Shown here piece after piece: positions 1 to 9,796 of a stretch of 64,000 nt of DNA. This DNA comes from Cellvibrio sp. (GTDB taxonomy: Bacteria; Pseudomonadota; Gammaproteobacteria; Pseudomonadales; Cellvibrionaceae), in contig JBJEWS010000010.1 of NCBI GenBank assembly GCA_051885175.1, positions 264,675-328,674 of the forward strand, in the 5' to 3' direction. The stretch's first letter is position 1; each line of letters starts with the position of its first letter. The position numbers and the translations under genes were made by a program. The notes under the pieces were generated by a model. The model saw only the letters and a program-made list of their open reading frames with translations, was not told the DNA's origin and searched no databases.

Positions 1-2001
1 GAGGAGCAGCAAAAGGCGGCAGTCACTTTGATCAAACGCCTTACCAACGACCACTACCGAAAAATGGCGTTCGACGATAACCTTTCATCGCGTTATTTCG
101 ACGAGTATTTTAAATCTTTAGACAGTTCCAAGAATTTCTTTCTACAGTCGGATATCGATGAATTCGCTCCTAAGCGGAAGTCCTTTGACGACGAATATTC
201 AGCTGGAAACTTATCGACCGGTTTTGCTATTTTCAACCGCTACAACGAGCGTGTGGTAGCTCGATTAGAAAAAATTATTGCGCTTCTTCAAGATCCAGAA
301 ACCAAAATCGATCTGAATGAAAAAGACCAAATCGAAAGTGATCGCAAAGATGCCGCTTGGCCAAAAACCGAAGCAGAAGCCGATGAGCTTTGGCTGCGCT
401 ATATCAAGTCTAATATTCTTAACTCGGTATTAGGAAACAAAACCCAAGAAGAGAGCGTAACGAATTTAGTTAAGCGCTATACCAATCAGTTGCGTCGTGT
501 GCGTCAGCAAACTTCCGAAGAAGCGTTTAGCGTGATGATGAACGCACTATCGAACCTCTACGACCCTCATACCAGTTATCTCTCTCCCGAAAACGCTGAG
601 AATTTCGATATCAGCATGTCGCTAGAGCTTCAAGGCATTGGTGCCGTGTTGCAGATGGAAGATGACTACACCAAGGTCGCCAGTCTAATTTTCGGCGGAC
701 CTGCTCAGAAGCAAGGTATTCTTAAACCTAACGACAAGATCGTTGCCATTGCCCAAGGCAAAGACAATCCAAACTCCGCCTTTGTCGATGTGGTCGGATG
801 GCGCCTTGATGAAGTCGTTAAATTAATTCGCGGAAAAAAAGACTCTTATGTTCAATTGGAAGTGATTCCTGCGAATCCAACCGCTGCAGGAAATAAGACG
901 ATCACCATTAAGCGTGAAACAGTTAAGCTTGAAGACCAAGCAGCTAAGAAAGCCATATTCACGGTCAAAGGTGAACACAAAGAGTACAAGATTGGGTTGA
1001 TTGATATTCCCACCTTTTACATGAACTTCGAAGCCTATCAAGCCGGTGACCCAAATTATCGCAGCACAACTCGCGACGTTCTTAAGCTACTCGAAGAACT
1101 TCAGAAAGAAAAAGTCGACGGCGTGATTATCGACCTTCGCGACAACGGCGGTGGCTCTTTGCCAGAAGCCGCCATGCTGACCGACTTATTTGTCGATCCG
1201 GGTCCTGTGGTTCAAATTCGCCACAGCAACAATGTTATCTCTCGCAATTACCGAGCCTATCAGCCCGCGCTTTATCGCGCGCCTATGGTCGTGTTAGTCA
1301 ATCGATTCAGTGCGTCAGCCTCGGAAATTTTCGCAGGAGCCATCCAAGATTACGGGCGCGGCATCATCGTGGGCACCACCACTTTTGGTAAAGGCACAGT
1401 ACAGACGCTTTTCGACCTCAAACATGGTCGTTTGAAAATCACAGAGGCGAAATTTTATCGCATCTCTGGCGAAACGACCCAACATAGAGGTGTAGTACCC
1501 GATGTAACCTTACCAAGTCCAATCGATCCTGATGAGATCGGTGAAAGCAGTTACGACAACGCGTTACCTTGGGATCAAATCCATGCGGCGCCGCACACCA
1601 AATACCACAAAATTTCTCAGTATCTTCCTAAGATTGAGACAAAACATCAGGAGCGTCTAGCTCAAGATCCAGAATTTATCTTCATTAATCAGCAAGGTCA
1701 GTTGTATAAAGAAGCAGCTAACAGAGAATTTATTTCCCTTAATTTGACCGAGCGTAAGGCACAGCAGGCCGAAACAGAAAAGAAGCTGCTCGACATTGAA
1801 AATCAACGTCGTAAAGCGCAAGGTAAGCCAGTGTACGAGACTTACGAGGCCTATAAAACTGCTGTCGAAAAAGAAAACGAAGCCAAATCACAAGAGCAAT
1901 CCAAGGAGCTAAAACCTTTGGAAGACCCATACGTGATGGAATCTGGGCATATTCTGGCAGACTTTATGGATCAGCTACTGACCCGTACCAAGCGAAAATA
2001 A
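1..2001 (+). CDS. prc: Tail-specific (carboxy-terminal processing) protease, 5' partial
   Basis: PDZ region followed by DLRDNGGGSL, SASASEIFAGAIQDYGR and TFGKGTVQ S41 motifs; the frame is open from base 1. Confidence 0.95.
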   Translation, partial: EEQQKAAVTLIKRLTNDHYRKMAFDDNLSSRYFDEYFKSLDSSKNFFLQSDIDEFAPKRKSFDDEYSAGNLSTGFAIFNRYNERVVARLEKIIALLQDPETKIDLNEKDQIESDRKDAAWPKTEAEADELWLRYIKSNILNSVLGNKTQEESVTNLVKRYTNQLRRVRQQTSEEAFSVMMNALSNLYDPHTSYLSPENAENFDISMSLELQGIGAVLQMEDDYTKVASLIFGGPAQKQGILKPNDKIVAIAQGKDNPNSAFVDVVGWRLDEVVKLIRGKKDSYVQLEVIPANPTAAGNKTITIKRETVKLEDQAAKKAIFTVKGEHKEYKIGLIDIPTFYMNFEAYQAGDPNYRSTTRDVLKLLEELQKEKVDGVIIDLRDNGGGSLPEAAMLTDLFVDPGPVVQIRHSNNVISRNYRAYQPALYRAPMVVLVNRFSASASEIFAGAIQDYGRGIIVGTTTFGKGTVQTLFDLKHGRLKITEAKFYRISGETTQHRGVVPDVTLPSPIDPDEIGESSYDNALPWDQIHAAPHTKYHKISQYLPKIETKHQERLAQDPEFIFINQQGQLYKEAANREFISLNLTERKAQQAETEKKLLDIENQRRKAQGKPVYETYEAYKTAVEKENEAKSQEQSKELKPLEDPYVMESGHILADFMDQLLTRTKRK

Positions 2002-2021
2002 CATCGAAATTTATTAATGTC

Positions 2022-2044
2022 AGCGCCCATCCTGGGCGCTTTTT
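2022..2044 (+). terminator. Rho-independent terminator after prc
   Basis: AGCGCCC-atcct-GGGCGCT followed by TTTT. Confidence 0.7.
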
Positions 2045-2061
2045 ATATCTTTGAGTTAGTT

Positions 2062-2871
2062 ATGAAAGTTGTATCTTTTAACGTAAACAGTGTTCGAATG
2101 CGCATGCATCAACTTGAGCACGTTGTAAACACATTAAATCCCGACGTGATCGGCTTACAAGAAACTAAAGTCAACGATCCCGACTTTCCGTTAGAAGCCT
2201 TGGTCAATTTAGGCTACCACGTGGAATTTTTTGGGCAAAAGACCCATTACGGCGTCGCCCTGCTCTCTAAATATCCATTCAAAAAAGTGATCAAGGGTTA
2301 TCCACTTGATGATGATACTGCACAGCGTCGATTCATTGGTGGACAGTTCGATACCCCACTCGGTGAAGTAACTATTTTTAATGGTTACTTTCCACAGGGG
2401 GAATCAAGAGATCACCCAATCAAATTTCCTGCGAAACAAAAATTTTACAGCGATCTTAGTGAATATCTTCGCGAACACTACTCACCAGACGACAACCTCA
2501 TCATCATGGGTGATATGAACATCTCTCACCAAGATATTGATATCGGAATTGGTGAACAGAATCGCAAGCGTTGGTTACGTACTGGAAAATGCAGCTTTTT
2601 ACCTGAAGAGCGCGAATGGTTAAACACATTGCTTAGTTTTGGTTTTAAAGACACCTACCGTGAAAAATTTCCAGATTCAGCCGAAAAATTCAGCTGGTTT
2701 GATTACCGCAGCGGCGGGTTTGAAGACACTCCTAAGCGCGGTCTTCGTATCGATTTGATTCTTGCTACCCAAGGTCTTAATGAGCGCTGCATCGATGCAG
2801 GAATCGATTACGAAGCACGGGCCATGGAAAAACCTTCAGATCATTGCCCTATTTGGGCTACTTTTATCTAG
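2062..2871 (+). CDS. xthA: Exodeoxyribonuclease III
   Basis: [29 protein letters not shown] and SDHCPI motifs; start moved from 2017 to ATG 2062 to match the family N-terminus. Confidence 0.95.
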   Translation: MKVVSFNVNSVRMRMHQLEHVVNTLNPDVIGLQETKVNDPDFPLEALVNLGYHVEFFGQKTHYGVALLSKYPFKKVIKGYPLDDDTAQRRFIGGQFDTPLGEVTIFNGYFPQGESRDHPIKFPAKQKFYSDLSEYLREHYSPDDNLIIMGDMNISHQDIDIGIGEQNRKRWLRTGKCSFLPEEREWLNTLLSFGFKDTYREKFPDSAEKFSWFDYRSGGFEDTPKRGLRIDLILATQGLNERCIDAGIDYEARAMEKPSDHCPIWATFI

Positions 2872-2896
2872 GTGGCACAACAAGAATTTAGGACAT

Positions 2897-2923
2897 AAAA
2901 AAAGGCCCTAAGGGCCTTTTTTT
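2897..2923. terminator. Bidirectional terminator between xthA and the hybrid kinase gene
   Basis: AAAAAAAGGCCC-taa-GGGCCTTTTTTT. Confidence 0.85.
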
Positions 2924-2935
2924 ATGGGAATTAAT

Positions 2936-5119
2936 CTATCGCAACCAGTTAATAATGCGAGATCTTAGCTCATCAAATCGAATTGTTTTTGCCACGACGT
3001 CATCAATGTCTGATTCGCTCACGGTAGGAGCCACCGCATCAAGCTCGGTTGCCGTCATAGCAATGATGGGCAAACGTTCGGAATCGAGACTCCCTTGCTC
3101 TTGCTCTCGAACTTTCTCGACAATCGAGAGTTGCTCGCGATCTTTTTCGTCATAGTCGATAACAAGAAGATCAAAGTTTTCTTGCTGCAATACCTCATAA
3201 GCATCAGCCGCCGTTTGAGTTACTTGCGTATAGCACCCCATTTTTTTGAGCATTGAAGTCAATATCATTTGATCAACGCGATGCTGACTAATAAGCAAAA
3301 TTTTACGCCCTACCAAGTTACCCAAAGGTCGACCAAGATCATGCTCGTCGATACCCGGCTGCTCGTTAAGAAGTTTACGCACCAACACATCATAAAGTCG
3401 TTTACGCATGACTGGCTTTTCGATCACTGAAATGTGATTGTGCTCGGCCAAATACTCTTGCAGCTCCAAGGTCTCGCTTTGGATGGGACTCATCGCCAAA
3501 ATTTGTTTAAGATCGGCGTACTCCGGAAGGCTGACCAACTCGCGAGATAAAATCATGCTGGCGGCGCTACCAAGTCGCGTATAAATTAAAACGATGTCAA
3601 TCGGCGCCCCTCTGTCGCGCGCCTCTTTTAAGCGCTGAAGGGCTTGGTCATGACCATGCGCCACATGAGTTTTCATTCCCCAGAAAGCGATCTCACCTGC
3701 TAAAAAATTTGCACTACTTTCAGGCAGGTCTACCAGCAAAATATCTTTACCCTCTAAGCGATGCTCCTCCCCTAGATGATGCTCTTCTTGAGAAACCACC
3801 TCGAGTTTAAGGGTAATGATAATGCGCTTTCCGCGCTGCCGATTAGATGAAAACTGCAGGTTCCCGCCCATACATTCCGCTAACCCTTTCGCAATCGAAA
3901 GCCCGATTCCAGGTAAGTCTTCTGGTTTGTCTAGATTAGCGTTATCGGTTTCCACCTTCTCACGATCACTGATAATCAAACTCAGAATTCCGTCGTTTGA
4001 GTTGCTCTGAGTGAAGTGGGCCTCCACATAAATGTGATCGATACGGCTCGACTTCAATGCGTGCGACATAACGCCACTAAGCACTTGATTCATTCGCAAT
4101 AGATCGGCGCGAACTCTCAAAGGCATTTGGGCATCGAATGAGTAATAAAGCTCAATACCCGCCTGATGTGCGCTGAGCGAGGAATCTTGAATAAATTTTT
4201 CGAGCACTCGCACCAAGTCGAATTCGAGTGGTTCGAGCAGCAAACTTTTTTTAGAAATCTTTGAAAAGTCCACCACATTATTTACAAGGTCGATCTGACG
4301 CGCGGTATCGCTGATGGCCACACTGAGCAATTCTTTTTGTCGTTCACTAAGTTGACTGTCGTCGATCGATGACAGCGTGCTTAATACATCGCCAATAGAG
4401 CTGCGTAATTCATGTCCAAGGCTCGATAAAAATTCATCTTTTAAATCTAACTGCGCTTGAGAAGATCGATTCTCGCTTTCAAGACCAGAAGCTCGTTCTC
4501 GCAAGGCTAAGTTTGCTTCGAATCGCTCCCAATAAGCAGAAGCTGTGACTCCACCTTGATATACCAACATCAAATAAAAGGTAATCATGATGAAGCCGTA
4601 CAACACTCCCTCGACCGAACCCAGAAAGATTGCGGTTAACGCAGCGGGAATCTGGCCAATAAATAAATAAAGCGTTAGAAACTGTTTATAAGGTGCAAAA
4701 ACACTGGAAACACTCGAATAAAAAACCACCGAATATAGCCACATGATGAGCGTCTCGTTTTTCATCCCCAACTTCCAAGTCAGAGTCACGAGAATCACAC
4801 TCCACCACAGAGCGCCTAAACAAGAGGCGAAAAAATATTGATTACGCCAACGAGATGGGCCTTTTGAATAAAGAGCATCGAACCTGAATAAATAATATCC
4901 ACGCCAGAGTGTCGAGATTAACAGGCCTGCGAGAAGTACAATGGCCGTATTGTGCTCATGGACTTGAAAGTTACCAAATAATAAACAGAGTGAAAAAACC
5001 AATAAATTGAGGATCAATCCACGCCGAGTGTATTTAGCAACGCGAAGATCCGTTTCGCGCATAATTTGTCGGTCTTTTTGAACTTTAGATTTTGGAACGA
5101 AGAAATTAAATACGGCCAT
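2936..5119 (-). CDS. Membrane hybrid sensor kinase-like protein (about 6 TM, HisKA, degenerate HATPase, two receiver domains)
   Basis: Hydrophobic N-terminal helices; H-box GHELRS; G2 box GIGLSIAKGLAECMGG; two REC-like segments; N and G1 boxes degenerate. Confidence 0.8.
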   Translation of the reverse strand: MAVFNFFVPKSKVQKDRQIMRETDLRVAKYTRRGLILNLLVFSLCLLFGNFQVHEHNTAIVLLAGLLISTLWRGYYLFRFDALYSKGPSRWRNQYFFASCLGALWWSVILVTLTWKLGMKNETLIMWLYSVVFYSSVSSVFAPYKQFLTLYLFIGQIPAALTAIFLGSVEGVLYGFIMITFYLMLVYQGGVTASAYWERFEANLALRERASGLESENRSSQAQLDLKDEFLSSLGHELRSSIGDVLSTLSSIDDSQLSERQKELLSVAISDTARQIDLVNNVVDFSKISKKSLLLEPLEFDLVRVLEKFIQDSSLSAHQAGIELYYSFDAQMPLRVRADLLRMNQVLSGVMSHALKSSRIDHIYVEAHFTQSNSNDGILSLIISDREKVETDNANLDKPEDLPGIGLSIAKGLAECMGGNLQFSSNRQRGKRIIITLKLEVVSQEEHHLGEEHRLEGKDILLVDLPESSANFLAGEIAFWGMKTHVAHGHDQALQRLKEARDRGAPIDIVLIYTRLGSAASMILSRELVSLPEYADLKQILAMSPIQSETLELQEYLAEHNHISVIEKPVMRKRLYDVLVRKLLNEQPGIDEHDLGRPLGNLVGRKILLISQHRVDQMILTSMLKKMGCYTQVTQTAADAYEVLQQENFDLLVIDYDEKDREQLSIVEKVREQEQGSLDSERLPIIAMTATELDAVAPTVSESDIDDVVAKTIRFDELRSRIINWLR

Positions 5120-5142
5120 GTTTGATTACCGGCTTACGTCGG

Positions 5143-5343
5143 TTACCCCTCGAGTAAATGAACGGCGATCTCTTTGCCGATAAAAACCATGACGGCAAAA
5201 CCAAGCACGCCAAAGAGAACGAAGGTGCCAAAGCGACCCGCCTTCGATTTTTTGGCCAGGTCCCAAATAATGAAGAACATAAACCCCATCAAGATGGTCA
5301 GGCAGATGTATAAAGACCATGTATCAAACTGTTCACCCGTCAT
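5143..5343 (-). CDS. Small two-TM membrane protein, DUF2788-like
   Basis: FMFFIIWDLAKKSKAGRFGTFVLF motif; start taken at MTGEQF (5343); 23 bp upstream of the kinase gene. Confidence 0.75.
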   Translation of the reverse strand: MTGEQFDTWSLYICLTILMGFMFFIIWDLAKKSKAGRFGTFVLFGVLGFAVMVFIGKEIAVHLLEG

Positions 5344-5525
5344 TTTCGTACTCCTAGCATCAACTAAACTTGAGTCATTGTAGCGAAATTCATCCAGCCG
5401 TGACTCGGCCATTATTTTAGCGATAAACATCACGGCTCATATGGCATTTATTGATCAGTTAGATCACAATTTCGCACCAAAATCCAAGGACAAATTTGGT
5501 ATTCCCTAATAAGAATACACGACAT

Positions 5526-5538
5526 CCCCCCCCCCCCC
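5526..5538 (+). repeat. C13 homopolymer immediately before the RBS (AAAGGAG) of the lipoprotein gene
   Basis: gacat-CCCCCCCCCCCCC-aaaggagcaccac-ATG; the longest homopolymer I noticed in the window. Confidence 0.9.
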
Positions 5539-5551
5539 AAAGGAGCACCAC

Positions 5552-6082
5552 ATGTTTACTCATCAACGTACTTTGCGGCTTGTCGCCGTTGTGACGATAT
5601 TGTTCAGTCTAACCGCTTGCACCTCACTGCTAATTGGCAACCGAATTCAAGGAGCTATTCTTAACGCCGTGTTCACTCAACTGGTAGGGAAAAGCCCCGA
5701 GCAATTGCTCGCTGATTACCGCATTCAAGACAGGCTTAAACCTCTATTGGGCGAGCACTATGAGCCCGCCATGAAATTGTTACAAACTGCTCGCGAAGTT
5801 CAGCGCGAGGGTGCTCTATTTTATGTTGCCTCTCGCTATGCGCCAGACGAAGTGAAAGGCGCACTTAGCACGGCAGCTATGATTTACAACGCCGACACCA
5901 ACCAAATGGCCGTAATGCTATTAGGTGAAGACACGGCGCAAATCATTGGCGAGCAACCCAGTAACGGTGACTATCTAGAGCCCTTATTACCAGAGGAGCT
6001 TAAGACGGCATACGATCACACGGTGGCAATTAGGAATAACCCGCTAATTGAGGCCACCAAAGATCTTCTCGACCAGAAGTAA
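5552..6082 (+). CDS. Uncharacterised lipoprotein
   Basis: Strong RBS; signal peptide with lipobox LTAC (Cys23). Confidence 0.8.
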   Translation: MFTHQRTLRLVAVVTILFSLTACTSLLIGNRIQGAILNAVFTQLVGKSPEQLLADYRIQDRLKPLLGEHYEPAMKLLQTAREVQREGALFYVASRYAPDEVKGALSTAAMIYNADTNQMAVMLLGEDTAQIIGEQPSNGDYLEPLLPEELKTAYDHTVAIRNNPLIEATKDLLDQK

Positions 6083-6084
6083 TA

Positions 6085-7224
6085 TTACGGGTCGTACTGC
6101 ATGTCTTTCGGAATGGGCAGATTGCGTGGATACACCGGTCGCTGCCCCTTCCCTTTTCGGTAAGCGCGCAGTTGAAAAATGTAAGCTAACACTTGTGCCA
6201 CCGCCATAAAGAGCCCTTCAGGAATACTTTCATCAACCTCGGTGGTGTAATAAACCGAACGCGCAAGCGCAGGAGATTCCAAAATTTCAATCTGATGCGC
6301 TTTGGCAATCTCCCGGATTTTAAGCGCTAAATGATCGCCACCCTTTGCTAATAATATTGGGGTATCCATAGTATCTGGGTCGTATTTCAGTGCGACCGAA
6401 AAATGCGTGGGGTTTGTAATCACTACATCGGCTTCCGGAACATTTGCCATCATGCGACGCTGCGCAATCTCACGCTGTAATTGTCGAACACGCCCTTTTA
6501 CTTCAGGTTTACCTTCGGTTTCTTTGTATTCGTCTTTTTGATCCTGCCGCGACATCTTGAGTTTTTTGTTGTATTCAAACAATTGAATCGGAACATCAAC
6601 TGCAGCAATCGCAATGGTTACAGCAGCGAGAATCAGAGTTGCCATAAGCGAAATATCAAGAGAATGAATAATGGCATTTTCGACATCGGCATCGTTAATG
6701 CGAAAAATCGACTGAGCGAAAAACTTTAAAAGCGCAAAAGTGGTGGCCATGATGATGGCCACTTTAAAAATTGATTTCGCCAGTTCGATGAGTGACTTGA
6801 TCGAGAACATTCGTTTAAGACCAGCAAGCGGATCCATCCGACTTAACTTAGGTTCGATTGCTTTATTACTGAAGTTCCAGCCACCAAGCGCAATTGGGCC
6901 TACAACGGACGCTATAAGAAGTGCGATCATAAGAGGGGTGATGCTAAGCAAACCCTGATAAATCGCTTGCACCAAATGGCTGATCATGGTGTTCACATCA
7001 AAAATTTCGGCCCGTGTGAGTGTAAAACTCTCGCTAGTGATCCCGATAATTTTTCTGCCGATGAACTCGGCCGTCATCCAAATTCCACAGATAGCCAGCA
7101 TCAGCACGAAAGTGGTCGTCAAATCTCTCGATCGAGGAACCTGCCCTTCTTCCCTCGCTTTTTCAATTTTTCGGGGACTGGCCTCTTCTGTTTTTTCTTG
7201 GCTGTTATCGCCTTCTTCAGCCAT
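6085..7224 (-). CDS. flhB: Flagellar export protein FlhB
   Basis: EKTEEASPRK N-terminus; NPTH autocleavage motif. Confidence 0.97.
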   Translation of the reverse strand: MAEEGDNSQEKTEEASPRKIEKAREEGQVPRSRDLTTTFVLMLAICGIWMTAEFIGRKIIGITSESFTLTRAEIFDVNTMISHLVQAIYQGLLSITPLMIALLIASVVGPIALGGWNFSNKAIEPKLSRMDPLAGLKRMFSIKSLIELAKSIFKVAIIMATTFALLKFFAQSIFRINDADVENAIIHSLDISLMATLILAAVTIAIAAVDVPIQLFEYNKKLKMSRQDQKDEYKETEGKPEVKGRVRQLQREIAQRRMMANVPEADVVITNPTHFSVALKYDPDTMDTPILLAKGGDHLALKIREIAKAHQIEILESPALARSVYYTTEVDESIPEGLFMAVAQVLAYIFQLRAYRKGKGQRPVYPRNLPIPKDMQYDP

Positions 7225-8021
7225 TACTGTGCCTCCGCCAAGCGTAAGAACATTCCCATGCCTTCATCCATCAATTGATAAAACAAAGGTAAAAAGTTGG
7301 CCAAGCTAATCCACATGAGCGCAAGACCAAAAATTAAGGTTGCGGGAAAGCCGACAGTAAACACGTTCATCTGGGGGGCCGATCGCCCCATAACACCAAA
7401 TGACATATTCACGATCATCAGTGCAGTGAACAAGGGCAACGAAATAACCAAAGCGCCAGCGAACATCCAAGAGCCCATATTGGCGAGCATGAGAAATGAA
7501 TCGACTCCCAAACCACCAGTTCCTACGGGAATATTAATAAAAGTATTAATAAAAATATCCAGCATCACCAGATGGCCATTCACACTCAAAAAAAGTAGTG
7601 TCGTCAGCAGCGTGTAAAACTGTGAAAGTATCGCAACGCTAACGCCACTGGCTGGATCGTTCATTGCCGCAAAACCCAAACCCATTTTCATCGCAATGAA
7701 TTGCCCAGCTAACACGTAAAGGTGCATAACAATCTGCATGCAAAAGCCGAGAGCTAGTCCAATCAAAACTTCTTGAAAAATGGTGATCACTGCCTGCATA
7801 GACAGCAGTGGGATGGCAGGTGGAGGAGGAATGACCGGTACAACTATAAAGGTTGTTAGCACCATTAATACAAGGCGGATTCGTACCGGTACAGTGCGAG
7901 CACCAAGGATGGGTACCGCAAGAAAAAACGCACCCAACCGAATCATTGGCCAGAGATACTGCCCAATGAAAAGAAAAATTTGATCGTCGGTGATGACCAG
8001 CGGCTGCACGACACTAGCCAA
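7224..8021 (-). CDS. fliR: Flagellar export protein FliR
   Basis: Polytopic membrane protein with AGQFIAMKMGLGFA and RSAPQMNVF; operon position. Confidence 0.95.
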   Translation of the reverse strand: MASVVQPLVITDDQIFLFIGQYLWPMIRLGAFFLAVPILGARTVPVRIRLVLMVLTTFIVVPVIPPPPAIPLLSMQAVITIFQEVLIGLALGFCMQIVMHLYVLAGQFIAMKMGLGFAAMNDPASGVSVAILSQFYTLLTTLLFLSVNGHLVMLDIFINTFINIPVGTGGLGVDSFLMLANMGSWMFAGALVISLPLFTALMIVNMSFGVMGRSAPQMNVFTVGFPATLIFGLALMWISLANFLPLFYQLMDEGMGMFLRLAEAQ

Positions 8022-8283
8022 TCAAAATAGGGATGTTATTAAAAATGCGGTCAAATAAATCCATAAACTTGGTAAGCAACCAAGGACCGGCAATCATGAT
8101 ACTCGCAAGCGTTACAATCAACCGCGGTAAAAAACTTAAAGTTTGTTCGTTAATTTGTGTCGCAGCTTGGAAAATACTAACCAACAGGCCCACGGCAAGG
8201 CCAGGCCCAACAATCACACCAAGCATGATAATTGACAGCATAAATGCGTCGGCGAAAATATCCATTACCACTTCTGGGGTCAT
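8014..8283 (-). CDS. fliQ: Flagellar export protein FliQ
   Basis: FQAATQINEQTLSFLPR motif. Confidence 0.97.
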   Translation of the reverse strand: MTPEVVMDIFADAFMLSIIMLGVIVGPGLAVGLLVSIFQAATQINEQTLSFLPRLIVTLASIMIAGPWLLTKFMDLFDRIFNNIPILIG

Positions 8284-8292
8284 TGCTATCTC

Positions 8293-9144
8293 CTATACAC
8301 CGTAACTGGCTGCCAAAGTGCCAACAATCATGGCCCAACCATCCACCAGCACAAACAGCATTATTTTAAAGGGTAAAGAAATAATGAGCGGCGATAACAT
8401 CATCATACCCATCGCCATCAGCACACTCGAGACAACAATATCGATAATCAAGAACGGAATAAAAATTAAAAAACCGATTTGGAACGCGGTTTTCAGTTCA
8501 CTAATAATAAACGCGGGAACCAAAATCGAAAAAGGCGTTTCTTCGGGTGTGACAATTGGCGGATGTTTAGCGATCCCCACAAACAGAGAAATATCAGACT
8601 CTCGAGTTTGCTCAATCATGAACTTATGGAATGGGCGTGCCACGTTCGCCAACGCCTCTTGTGCACTTATCTGTTCATTGATGTAGGGCTGCAAGCCCTG
8701 AACATTAGCTTGATCAAACACTGGTTTCATAATAAAAAGCGTAAGAAATAACGCTAACCCAATGAGTATCTGGTTAGATGGTGATTGTTGAAGTCCAATG
8801 GCCTGCCGCAAAATTGAGAAAACAATAATAATGCGCGTGAAGGACGTCATCATCATCAGTATCGCTGGCAAAAAACTCAGCGCTGTCATCAGCGCGAGGA
8901 TTTGCAAGGTCACCGTATACTCCTGAGTACCGTCGTTATTGGTTTTTACGGTAACCGCAGGCAAACCCGGGATTGCTGGCAAACTACCCAGTGTGGACTC
9001 TCCCGATGCGGCTAAAGGTAAGCTCGGTGCGTTATTCAGAGATTGATTAATAGGCGGCGTGGTTTGCGCAAGTGTGCTCATCGATAAAATTATCGTGAGA
9101 ATAAACGCGAGTAAATAACAGCCGTGCCGAATGAATGATTTCAT
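8293..9144 (-). CDS. fliP: Flagellar export protein FliP
   Basis: [28 protein letters not shown] and [14 protein letters not shown] motifs. Confidence 0.97.
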   Translation of the reverse strand: MKSFIRHGCYLLAFILTIILSMSTLAQTTPPINQSLNNAPSLPLAASGESTLGSLPAIPGLPAVTVKTNNDGTQEYTVTLQILALMTALSFLPAILMMMTSFTRIIIVFSILRQAIGLQQSPSNQILIGLALFLTLFIMKPVFDQANVQGLQPYINEQISAQEALANVARPFHKFMIEQTRESDISLFVGIAKHPPIVTPEETPFSILVPAFIISELKTAFQIGFLIFIPFLIIDIVVSSVLMAMGMMMLSPLIISLPFKIMLFVLVDGWAMIVGTLAASYGV

Positions 9145-9785
9145 TTTTCTGAATGCTTCTGGGTTTGCGCCGCCAATACGGCTTTGAGTTTTTGTGCAAA
9201 GTCTTGACCCGCCGCTGGCGTTTTTTCAACATCAACAATCGGCTCATCGAATACGTGCAATGTATTAATCTGGGTTGGAGTGATTCCAATCAAAATTTGT
9301 TTGTTACCCACCGAAATTAACGAAACCCGTTCCCGAGTTCCCACCGATAAATTCGCCAGTGGCTTTATATGCTGGCTCGAGTAGCCCATACCTTGCCCGA
9401 ACTTTCGTACAAATAAGGACAATGCGTAAATTAACGCAATGATAAACACCAACGAGAGAAGCACAGTCAGTAATTGCGACCCCGTCTCTTGAGATGTTTT
9501 CGTATAAGAAAGTTTGATATTTTCGCCATCTGCACGACTTACTCCTGCCGAATCGCTCTCGATTTGGCTTTGAACAACTGACACTTCCTCAGCCGCAATA
9601 GAGGGTGCGTCTTTTGCTTGACTCACTAAGCTCTCGGAGTGATTTTGTGAATTCTCAGTTCTGAGTTCATTAGCCGTTTGTCCGCCATGGGAAGAACTTT
9701 CCTCGGCCAACACACCCGAAGTCGTCAAACAAAAAAACACTCCCAAAAGGAGTGTGTTGACTAATTTACCTACCGAACGAGTCAT
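9141..9785 (-). CDS. fliO: Flagellar protein FliO with N-terminal extension
   Basis: TM segment then [24 protein letters not shown]; lies between fliN and fliP. Confidence 0.88.
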   Translation of the reverse strand: MTRSVGKLVNTLLLGVFFCLTTSGVLAEESSSHGGQTANELRTENSQNHSESLVSQAKDAPSIAAEEVSVVQSQIESDSAGVSRADGENIKLSYTKTSQETGSQLLTVLLSLVFIIALIYALSLFVRKFGQGMGYSSQHIKPLANLSVGTRERVSLISVGNKQILIGITPTQINTLHVFDEPIVDVEKTPAAGQDFAQKLKAVLAAQTQKHSEK

Positions 9786-9796
9786 AACGCTCTCAA

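Noticed and set aside
5126-5433. Alternative ORFs 5126-5320 and 5174-5383, and the upstream extension of the DUF2788 ORF
   Set aside because: They overlap the DUF2788 frame and have no family features
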